A DNA stretch of 64,000 bases, taken from IMG/VR virus record IMGVR_UViG_3300031963_000086; one strand, given 5' to 3'. The notes below the pieces were generated by a model that worked only from the letters and a program-made list of their open reading frames with translations, was not told the origin of the DNA and did no database searches. The first letter of the stretch is position 1; each line of letters opens with the position of its first letter. The DNA is from an uncultured virus (IMG/VR IMGVR_UViG_3300031963_000086) (Duplodnaviria > Heunggongvirae > Uroviricota > Caudoviricetes). This document shows positions 38,058 to 46,104 of the stretch, piece after piece. The position numbers and the translations under genes were made by a program.

Positions 38058-38333
38058 TTATTCAGCGTTTTCAATATACCAATCTTTAAAAGACAATTTA
38101 CTACCCGATTGCTTCCATAAGTTTTCATACTTAGCACGTTTCGATTCCAAAAGTGTTTTAACCTTAGCCATAGAATCATCGCTAATGTCTTTTGGAATAA
38201 GTGGTACGGGCTGACCATCGGGAGTACGAATTGTATTATCTAATGTATTTTTACCTTTCACTAGTTTATACACCACAAATATAGATACCGCACCGATGGC
38301 AATATAAATTAGTGTCTTTTGATTGTTGGTCAT
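38058..38333 (-). CDS. Single-TM protein (LWKQSGSKLSFKDW)
   Basis: Start at MTNNQK after a TATATTTG box at 38338-38345. Confidence 0.6.
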   Translation of the reverse strand: MTNNQKTLIYIAIGAVSIFVVYKLVKGKNTLDNTIRTPDGQPVPLIPKDISDDSMAKVKTLLESKRAKYENLWKQSGSKLSFKDWYIENAE

Positions 38334-38348
38334 ATTACAAATATACAA

Positions 38349-38780
38349 TTACTTTTTATATAGGCGATAGAACTCAAAATCGGACTCCCCACCATTCTTT
38401 TTATACTCAAGCCACTCTTCATACAAAGGCCCCGCCAACTTAGCCTCTTCGGGTTCTCCAACTATTACTCCCGTATCTAATCCGACCTCAATCATCCGCG
38501 CGGAAAATACCTCTACTTTGGCTTCAACAACTTTTAATTCTTCGGTTGCTTTTTCTAAATTTTCTTTGAGTTCTTTTTTCTCTTGAACTTTGCTCTCTAC
38601 AAGTTTTTCGCCTTGGGCTTTTGCCACCGATGTAACGGCCGATGCAAGTTGGAGATTGCCCTCAATTTTTTTAAGCATTTGCTCAACTTCATCCACGGGC
38701 GGTTGGTTCACCGCACCCAATGGCATGAATATTTCAAACCCAATAATTATGGCTAGGAAAATAAATAGAATGTGTTTCAT
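38349..38780 (-). CDS. TM + coiled-coil protein (spanin-like?)
   Basis: N-terminal TM and long coiled coil, in the lysis cluster. Confidence 0.45.
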   Translation of the reverse strand: MKHILFIFLAIIIGFEIFMPLGAVNQPPVDEVEQMLKKIEGNLQLASAVTSVAKAQGEKLVESKVQEKKELKENLEKATEELKVVEAKVEVFSARMIEVGLDTGVIVGEPEEAKLAGPLYEEWLEYKKNGGESDFEFYRLYKK

Positions 38781-39061
38781 AATTTTTTCATGGTGTTAAT
38801 AATACGGAGTTCGGTAATAGCGGATGCAAGTGCCGAATCGGACTTTTTTAGCGCATACGCTAGTTTGTCAATTTTAGTATCAAGAGCATCAATTTTCTTG
38901 TTACTATTTTCAAGTTGTTCGGTGTATGATGACTTCACATCATAATACAAGTACGAAACCCCCACCAAGGCAAGGAACGCTACACCCGCTACGGGGTTCT
39001 TCCTAAATTGTTCAAACGAAATGGGGAGTGGGTTTGCGGTTGGTTTTTTAATTGCACTCAT
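38777..39061 (-). CDS. TM + coiled-coil protein
   Basis: 94-aa ORF. Confidence 0.55.
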   Translation of the reverse strand: MSAIKKPTANPLPISFEQFRKNPVAGVAFLALVGVSYLYYDVKSSYTEQLENSNKKIDALDTKIDKLAYALKKSDSALASAITELRIINTMKKL

Positions 39062-39063
39062 TT

Positions 39064-39822
39064 TTATACTAATCTTTGCTTTTGAACATCAAGGAAACCA
39101 TTTACACCCATAAGTTTAACTATGTAATCTTCGGATGTCTTGATTCCCAATTGGTTTACAAGCGTTGTAGTATCGGCCGTCAATAAATTTGTATTCTTAA
39201 TCTTAGAGGTGTAGCGACCACTTCCCGCATTGTACATCACAATAATGTGGTCAAGTCGGGGTTGTCCGCTATCTCTTATGGTTTTAGCGAATAGTTGCGC
39301 AAGGTGAACCGCCCCTATCATAGTTGCGAAACCAACATCGGAAATGAGTTTGTTTCTTATGATTGGGCTACTCGTTTCAACACTCTTTAATTGCAAATAG
39401 TCACTCGCGGGATTTTGCCTAATCTTCGCGTTATTATTACTCCAAAAGTTTTGGGGCAATGGTTTTTTAATGGTAAAAACCGATGGGATAAAATTGTATA
39501 AAGGGTAAAACTTGCCAATAGTAACACCCTCTCTATCAAGTTGGTCTTTAAGAGTTTGCCATGCGGTTGTAGGGTTAATTTGCATGATTGATGGAGTTGC
39601 GTTCGTCAAAGTTTCATTCTTTGCACCCCCACTCTCTACCGAAGCAAAACCCACCAAAATCATAACGGGGACACCACTATAATTACTCGCTTGAATCATT
39701 TGTGGCATATAGTTACTCTTAACCTTTTTCACGATGGAAATGGCTTGGTCTTTCCAAGCGGGTTGCCCCGATGGAACTTGGTGTTGCTTGGTTGTAGCGG
39801 GAATTTTTATCGCGTAACTCAT
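39064..39822 (-). CDS. Lytic transglycosylase (SLT-like)
   Basis: ASVESGG (catalytic E), IMQINP.TA, MYNAG. Confidence 0.75.
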   Translation of the reverse strand: MSYAIKIPATTKQHQVPSGQPAWKDQAISIVKKVKSNYMPQMIQASNYSGVPVMILVGFASVESGGAKNETLTNATPSIMQINPTTAWQTLKDQLDREGVTIGKFYPLYNFIPSVFTIKKPLPQNFWSNNNAKIRQNPASDYLQLKSVETSSPIIRNKLISDVGFATMIGAVHLAQLFAKTIRDSGQPRLDHIIVMYNAGSGRYTSKIKNTNLLTADTTTLVNQLGIKTSEDYIVKLMGVNGFLDVQKQRLV

Positions 39823-39971
39823 ACAATTTCAATTTGTTTTATTTGAGCAATGTCTTCTTCGTTTACTCCTTGAATAGGGGTACTCTTTCTACGGAAATAG
39901 AAATACCCCACCCCACCCGCTAATAGGAGAACAAAAGAAACCAATGCTATGGTTTTTTGATTTTGGGTCAT
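39819..39971 (-). CDS. 50-aa single-TM protein (MTQKSKTIAL...), not in the ORF track
   Basis: Manually translated; ATGA overlaps at both ends. Confidence 0.6.
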   Translation of the reverse strand: MTQNQKTIALVSFVLLLAGGVGYFYFRRKSTPIQGVNEEDIAQIKQIEIV

Positions 39972-40546
39972 ACTACGGGGGGATTGGCAATAGCGATGTC
40001 GTTGCTATTAATCAAAGTGTAAGTGAAACGATTGCCTTGAATAGCCATTGCTTTTTTGCAAATTTCCATAAACTCGTTAAAGTCCTTTTCACGCTTGAAT
40101 ACTTGGCAACCCTCACTCCAATTGTTCACTTGAACGCTATCCGCACCCGCTTTGTGGATGTTAATACCGAACACGCCCTCTTGGATTTTTGTTTCATCAT
40201 ATACGCCATCCGCAACATAATCGCGGTAAACCTTAATTGGTCTATCTTGACAAACCGCGTCATACTTACCTTGGTGCTTACGAATGATGTGAGAGCCACG
40301 ATATTGCCCCTCAACTACACGAGCCGTACCCGCACCATTGTCGGTTGTGCAAGGCCACTCATGGTATTTCCATACGCCATTTTCCAAATAGGAAATGGTC
40401 ATCCAATCATCGAATGCGTTGGTTACACGCTTACCCGTTGCGCTATTGCGCACTCCTACAATGTTAACATTGTACTCACCCGCTACAAAGAACATATATC
40501 CTTTGTTAACTAATGTTTTTTCAATTTTGTCGTTATTAAAATTCAT
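39968..40546 (-). CDS. Putative endolysin, L,D-transpeptidase (YkuD)-like
   Basis: NIVGVR, N.FDD, TTD.G, FGINIH..G....NWSEGCQV (His/Cys). Confidence 0.7.
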   Translation of the reverse strand: MNFNNDKIEKTLVNKGYMFFVAGEYNVNIVGVRNSATGKRVTNAFDDWMTISYLENGVWKYHEWPCTTDNGAGTARVVEGQYRGSHIIRKHQGKYDAVCQDRPIKVYRDYVADGVYDETKIQEGVFGINIHKAGADSVQVNNWSEGCQVFKREKDFNEFMEICKKAMAIQGNRFTYTLINSNDIAIANPPVV

Positions 40547-40558
40547 ACTCTTATTGTT

Positions 40559-41107
40559 TTACTTGTAATTAAATACATATCCTTTAACCGAATGAAACTT
40601 GGGGTCTTTATTCATGTGCTTGATAAGATTAGACAAATCAACCCCCAATTCCCGTTTCACATCCGACATACAACCCCATTCTTTAATAAAACAACCATTT
40701 TTATCATATTGAATAATTGCTCTTGCATTTTTATTTTTAATTCCAAAAAACCGAGGTATTCTATCATTTTGCAAAGCGTGTTGTATATTTTCAGAATGTG
40801 TAACCCACTCTAAATTATCAATGCAGTTATTTAATTTATTGCAATCTTTATGATTTACACACCGCTTATTATCAATGTTTGGTATAAATGCTTTCGCTAC
40901 TAATCTATGTATTTCGTAGTTTTTAGAATATATAGAAATAGCGTAATAAGGGTTGTTATGTCTTGGCTTTAACATTATAGATGGGAAAATCCTTTTTCTC
41001 CCGTCTTTCATTACCCTCAACCTTTCCATAGATTTCACACGCCCCAAATTACTCACTTGGTATTCGCCATTTGTGAAATCAATATCCTTCCAAATTTCTT
41101 CCATCAT
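40559..41107 (-). mobile_element. NUMOD4-HNH-NUMOD1 homing endonuclease gene
   Basis: EEIWKDI..YQVSNLGRVKS, HRLVA.AF, VNHKDCNKLNN..NLEWVT..EN; visibly AT-richer than its flanks. Confidence 0.9.
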
Positions 41108-41424
41108 AAAGCAAGTATTAATAATGTTAACCCCCAAAGTAATTTATCGGCAAAAAAACCGCGACTACCCGCGACCTTTCTATCTTTATCGTGTCGAGTT
41201 TTGTACAATTTCCTACGCTTTTCGGCCGTTCCTTTTGGAACTTGACCGCGTTCCTCCAACCTTTTAAAAGTTGGATAGTCGTTATAACCGATAGCCCCTA
41301 CCGATGCTACTTTTTTACCGCCCTTTATGACATCTATCTTTTTCCCTTTCACGGAAGATGGCTTCACGCTAACACCAAGTTTTTTGGCTTGGGCTTTTGT
41401 ATAGTTAGTTATCTTGTACGGCAT
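41104..41424 (-). CDS. Basic protein, DUF5754-like
   Basis: KKIDV..VG.IGYNDY..RRKLYKTRH..S.GFFADKLLW. Confidence 0.55.
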   Translation of the reverse strand: MPYKITNYTKAQAKKLGVSVKPSSVKGKKIDVIKGGKKVASVGAIGYNDYPTFKRLEERGQVPKGTAEKRRKLYKTRHDKDRKVAGSRGFFADKLLWGLTLLILAL

Positions 41425-41620
41425 GATAGTTCTTATGATAATTAATCCCGTTGTAAAAAATGGTTGCAAACCCAACCGCAATAAGAGAGAATTTTATTGC
41501 GGGGTCAAAGTTGCCCTCAACTCCCGCATAAATAATTAACGGCCCTACAAATACCACATCCAACAACCGAACGGGTTGCGGGTCAAAAAGGTGATATACT
41601 TGATTAGCCGTTACTTCCAT
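41405..41620 (-). CDS. Small two-TM protein
   Basis: Q.VRLLDV.FVGP..IYAG, TIFYNG. Confidence 0.6.
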   Translation of the reverse strand: MEVTANQVYHLFDPQPVRLLDVVFVGPLIIYAGVEGNFDPAIKFSLIAVGFATIFYNGINYHKNYHAVQDN

Positions 41621-42048
41621 TACTTACTACGCATTGTGTTTACCGCACCCATTGTGATAGCCAAAACCGCAACTCCAAGAATGATACCACCTAGACCCAT
41701 TCCCTTTTTCTTCGGGGCGGGTTCATCCGTTCGTTTCGGCATTGGAGGTTTGTTTTTGCTTTCCTCTTCTTCTTTTGCCTTCTTTTCCGCTTGGGCTTTT
41801 TTCTCATTTACATCTTCATTCCAAGTTTCAATCATGTCGCAAGTTTCAAGAACGAAATCTTCATAGAAATTTCCGATGTCATCCAACTTCTCTTTTTCTT
41901 CTTCGGTTGGGTTCTCATCATACTCTTTTTGGGCTTCGTCTACTTGACTTGCAAGTTTCTTGATAGATTCGATTCTCTCTTGGAATGGCTTAGGCAAGTC
42001 GGTGATGCCACACCCGATGTTTGCCAATACTTCGTTAATTCTATTCAT
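41620..42048 (-). CDS. Acidic coiled-coil protein with C-terminal TM
   Basis: 142-aa ORF. Confidence 0.65.
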   Translation of the reverse strand: MNRINEVLANIGCGITDLPKPFQERIESIKKLASQVDEAQKEYDENPTEEEKEKLDDIGNFYEDFVLETCDMIETWNEDVNEKKAQAEKKAKEEEESKNKPPMPKRTDEPAPKKKGMGLGGIILGVAVLAITMGAVNTMRSK

Positions 42049-42060
42049 GTTGTCTTATTT

Positions 42061-43176
42061 TTAATCTTCAAATTTAATCATTTTTTCGTCATACTTACTC
42101 TTGTCAACGTACATATCGTAAGCGAGTTTATACCTATCCGACAAAACGTCTTTGGCTTCGGCTTGTGCCTCTCTATCGCCTCTATCCGCTTTATCCATAA
42201 GTTGACTTAAATATAACAATTTGCTTGCATCCAAAGTCCTATCCTTGTATGCAAAATGCGATGCTTGGTTTAGCAACTTCATACGCTTTGTCTTAATTTG
42301 AACCTCTACGGCCACACCTTCAAACAAAGTGATAAAGTGGTACGCCATATACCCCGCTTTGGGGTTTTCGTAATAGTCCTTAAACTCAAATATATCACCG
42401 ATAGCACCCGCAAGTATTTTCTTTTTCAAAGCGTCTAGTGAGCGGAAATTGTCTACCAAAATAGTTGTTCCCACCAAATCCGTTAATCCCTCTACATCAC
42501 CTTGGTTGGTGGTTTCAAGATTATTCATCTTTTTGTTTACCAACTTGTTCAAGATTGAATATGGAGTTTTGGTACGGGCGATGATTTTTGAACCTTTGGG
42601 AGCAATCTTTTTCAATCGCTCTACAATATCCATCATTGGCTTTCTTATCATCTTTTGATTCTCAATGACATTTTCTAGAACCTCCGAAAATTTGACTTGC
42701 TCAATGCTTTTCTCATCTCCCGTCTTGTATGGATTCGGGTCATCGACATTTTTGATACCATCTTTGTCAAAATCCCCAAAAACCGCGCGGTATTGCCCTT
42801 TGTCGTAAACCTTTTCATTTACGCTAACGACAACCTCCCCACCTTTGGCATAATATCCGCCCTCTAATAGCCCTTCCATCAATTCTTGAGCGGGGATAGG
42901 GTCAAAGTACATATCGCGCTCAAATCGTAGCCCAAAAGGGGGTAATTTGGCGTTTTCAATAGCACTCTTGCGGAAAAACCCCAACTTGATGTCTTTGTTG
43001 GTTTTTTCTATTGCAAAGATTTTTTCGGGGTCGTTTGGGTCTTGGTTTACTACATAGTAAAACACCCTACGCATAGGTTCAAAAATCTTAACAAATACCA
43101 TTTGGGATTTTAGGTCACTTCCGAAACCCCATTGGCTTTGTAATTTTACTTGGTCGGCTTTTGTAAATAGTTTCAT
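42061..43176 (-). CDS. DUF2958 - YAKGG linker - RelA/SpoT-type nucleotidyltransferase (small alarmone synthetase-like)
   Basis: N-part VKIF.P...LGFF..FERDMYF; C-part RTKT.YS..NK, D..G, DY.ENPK.GY.AYH, EVQIKT, H.AYK; TAATG coupling at 43176. Confidence 0.8.
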   Translation of the reverse strand: MKLFTKADQVKLQSQWGFGSDLKSQMVFVKIFEPMRRVFYYVVNQDPNDPEKIFAIEKTNKDIKLGFFRKSAIENAKLPPFGLRFERDMYFDPIPAQELMEGLLEGGYYAKGGEVVVSVNEKVYDKGQYRAVFGDFDKDGIKNVDDPNPYKTGDEKSIEQVKFSEVLENVIENQKMIRKPMMDIVERLKKIAPKGSKIIARTKTPYSILNKLVNKKMNNLETTNQGDVEGLTDLVGTTILVDNFRSLDALKKKILAGAIGDIFEFKDYYENPKAGYMAYHFITLFEGVAVEVQIKTKRMKLLNQASHFAYKDRTLDASKLLYLSQLMDKADRGDREAQAEAKDVLSDRYKLAYDMYVDKSKYDEKMIKFED

Positions 43177-46100
43177 TATTTCATTGCTTTTGCACGTTGT
43201 AAAGCATCTTTCCATGCTTCACCCTCTTTGCGTATTTGTTTTGCTTTTGTGAAAATATCCACCCCACGCTTTTCTTTGGTATTCATATTTGGGTTCTTGA
43301 TAACCTCCGCCCAAATGTTTTCCCATCCGTTTGCTTTGGCTACCGCATAAGTAGAGTTGCCATCGTACACGCGATACTTACCTTGGCTCTTGTAAAGAGT
43401 GATAGGCTTGCGCTTATCCATTTTGCCATCGTAAGCCATCTTCATATATTTCTCGGCATTAGCGATACCCTCCGCACGCGCGCGAAGCGGAATTATGTTC
43501 GACATAGGAATAACCTTTGTACTACGGGTCTTGATGAAATACTTGCCCAAATCTTCGGGGAGTTCGCCTCCGTGTTCCATCTTGGCAAGTTGTTGGCGAT
43601 ACACTTTTGACGCTACTTTTTTTCCAACTTCCTTGGCTTCTTTTTTGTCGTAGGTTTTACCATACTCATCTTGATATTTGGGGGCTACCTTTTTGCCTTC
43701 GTAATTCTTGGCAACCTTATTAGAAAGTCCCTCAAATCCAATTTTGCCACCTTCGGCAAATGGCACTATTGGCAAATCCACATTTTTTGGATTCCAATTA
43801 GACGTGTAGCCAAACTTAGCCTTACCTTCTTCAAACATTTTAACGTAGTTTTTGTACTCCGCTTCACCATTGTAGCCACGCAAGGCAAGGTAGTTTCTTA
43901 AACTATGCTCATTCTCATCGGTAAGCACATCGCTTACTTTTTTCCTTTCGGCTTTGGTAAGTTGCTTGTAAATTTTATTAATCCCCAACCTTTGATACTC
44001 ATCGGCTAAATCTTGTTGCAAGGTGTCGGATGCGTAAATTTCACTTCCGCTTTGAATTGATAATTTGTCCCACGCTTCATTAGATAATGCGGTCAATTGG
44101 TTGGCAACCTCATTCTTGTCAAACTTGGCTTTTGTTTCATTCATCCCCGCATCTACAAGTGCTTTTTTGCTCACCCAAAATCCATTCTTAGGCTTGAACT
44201 CAATAGTTTCTTTGTTGTTGCTATCACGATATACCACTTGATTAACATCGGCTCTTTTGATGTAGGTGTAGCCTTTTGACAAACTACCACCATCTTCCAT
44301 TTTGTGCAACCCGTCAAGGAAATCCTTTTTATCAATTGTTAAATAATCCTTTGACCCGCTCTTATTGGGGTTTTTAATAACGATTAATTTCAAGTCCCTT
44401 CTATTGGTGTAATCGCCCGTTGGTTTTTTTGCATTTTTATTCGCAAAATACAGATATGATTCTTTGTAAGCATAATCAATACTTATCGGCTTACCACCAC
44501 GTCTACCATTTTTAAAATATTGTGTTCTATCAGCATATGGATTGTATTTTGCTTTGTACATAATATTATCCTCTCCCCAATACGGGCTTCTTACATCGGG
44601 AAGTGTTTTCTTAAATTCTTCTAAGGACATTATTTGCCCACCTTTGGCGTATTCCTCATCCTTGAAAAACTCCAACTCTTCCGCGGAATATGTCTTTTCC
44701 GAACCATCGGGGAATTTCAAATGAAATCTACGACCATAAGGCTTAATGACATAACCCATTTTGTTTTCTTCTATCACCAATGCTTTGTCACCCACAAACA
44801 CATCTTGCCATTTAACTTTACCACCATCGGCCATGTAGCCACCTTTGGCATACTCCCCCTCCCTTGTGTGATTCGCAAATCTATTTTTAATGTCTTTGTC
44901 CAACCCTTTCCAATCGGAATTGTATGCTTCAATAATTTCTTTATTCTTTAATTCTTCATCTCCGCGATACGCTTCAATAATATCTCGGTGGTCATACAAA
45001 AAATGTTGTCTTTGAGATTTTGTCAAGTTGTTCCAAATGTCTTCGGGGGTTCTACCATCATATTGGTCTACGATTTTACCACCTTTGGCCATTTTGTAAT
45101 AGTCATCTTTGAAATCTTCATAAGCATTTTCCCACGCCTCAATTTCATTATTCCCATATTTGGCCATCGCAATTTTGCTACCTCCATTATACCACCATTT
45201 AGTAAATTTCTCGTGAACTCCCGATTTTCTATCTCGGTCTAAATATTTGGCTTCTATGGTAGAATCAATTTTTGCAAAATCTTCCGCATCTAAATAACCT
45301 TTTGACTCAAAAGCATTATTGTAATCTTCTTCAGTCAATTGACCACCATCGGCCATATAGCCACCATTCATGAAACTACGATACATCGTTATACCCTTTT
45401 CGTCTTCAACAACGATGCGGGTATTACTCGGCATTACATTACGCTTTAACGAAGCGAAAACCATAGCCGTTTCAAAGTCGGGGAAAGTGTTGTGTACTCT
45501 TCTTGAACCATCCCCTTTGATTTCAATAACGGAATACTTTTCTTGAAACTTATCGCTTGGGTGAATCAATCCACCATCTTCTAACCAAGGTTTAGAGCCA
45601 TAGGTGGGGGCTTTTCTATCAATGCGGTTTTCGCGATACTCATAGTACCTACGACCTCCTTTTGACTTGCCGTATTGGTTACTCCAACCCTTTTGAGAAA
45701 CTCTCCTACCGCTCTCGCGTGCCTTTCTTTCGCTATCAATCAATGGGTCACTCTTTCCACCACCTTTGCTTCTTCTAGCACTATTAAAGTCCTTGAATAA
45801 AGGGTCGTTGGCAATCGTGTCCATCAAAGAATCCAACTTGCTCTTTGTCGCTTGAGCAACTTGCTTTTTTTGAGCGGGGGTTTTAGGCTTTGCGGGTTCT
45901 TCGGTCTTGAAAATGTCCGCATTTTTTGCCTTTGCTTTCGCTATAAATACATCCAATAACTTTTCGGCCTTGGCTTGGTTTTCTTCGTTCTTGTCATTGT
46001 TAAGTGCTTTCTCAATTTTGGCAAGTAAATCTTTTGACTCTTGTACCTTGATTTTTGATTTATCAATGGAGTCAAGTTTCTTTTTGGTTGATTCTTTCAT
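43176..46100 (-). CDS. Polyvalent protein (974 aa) with ~10 [MFYL]xxGG linkers and a C-terminal ParB/Srx-like domain
   Basis: MADGG/YAKGG/MEDGG/FAEGG/MEHGG repeats; KPITL..YRVYDGN near the end. Confidence 0.7.
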   Translation of the reverse strand: MKESTKKKLDSIDKSKIKVQESKDLLAKIEKALNNDKNEENQAKAEKLLDVFIAKAKAKNADIFKTEEPAKPKTPAQKKQVAQATKSKLDSLMDTIANDPLFKDFNSARRSKGGGKSDPLIDSERKARESGRRVSQKGWSNQYGKSKGGRRYYEYRENRIDRKAPTYGSKPWLEDGGLIHPSDKFQEKYSVIEIKGDGSRRVHNTFPDFETAMVFASLKRNVMPSNTRIVVEDEKGITMYRSFMNGGYMADGGQLTEEDYNNAFESKGYLDAEDFAKIDSTIEAKYLDRDRKSGVHEKFTKWWYNGGSKIAMAKYGNNEIEAWENAYEDFKDDYYKMAKGGKIVDQYDGRTPEDIWNNLTKSQRQHFLYDHRDIIEAYRGDEELKNKEIIEAYNSDWKGLDKDIKNRFANHTREGEYAKGGYMADGGKVKWQDVFVGDKALVIEENKMGYVIKPYGRRFHLKFPDGSEKTYSAEELEFFKDEEYAKGGQIMSLEEFKKTLPDVRSPYWGEDNIMYKAKYNPYADRTQYFKNGRRGGKPISIDYAYKESYLYFANKNAKKPTGDYTNRRDLKLIVIKNPNKSGSKDYLTIDKKDFLDGLHKMEDGGSLSKGYTYIKRADVNQVVYRDSNNKETIEFKPKNGFWVSKKALVDAGMNETKAKFDKNEVANQLTALSNEAWDKLSIQSGSEIYASDTLQQDLADEYQRLGINKIYKQLTKAERKKVSDVLTDENEHSLRNYLALRGYNGEAEYKNYVKMFEEGKAKFGYTSNWNPKNVDLPIVPFAEGGKIGFEGLSNKVAKNYEGKKVAPKYQDEYGKTYDKKEAKEVGKKVASKVYRQQLAKMEHGGELPEDLGKYFIKTRSTKVIPMSNIIPLRARAEGIANAEKYMKMAYDGKMDKRKPITLYKSQGKYRVYDGNSTYAVAKANGWENIWAEVIKNPNMNTKEKRGVDIFTKAKQIRKEGEAWKDALQRAKAMK

Positions 46101-46104
46101 CGGG

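Noticed and set aside
39944..40513. 189-aa plus-strand ORF
   Set aside because: Almost fully antisense to the motif-bearing endolysin-like gene; no recognisable features
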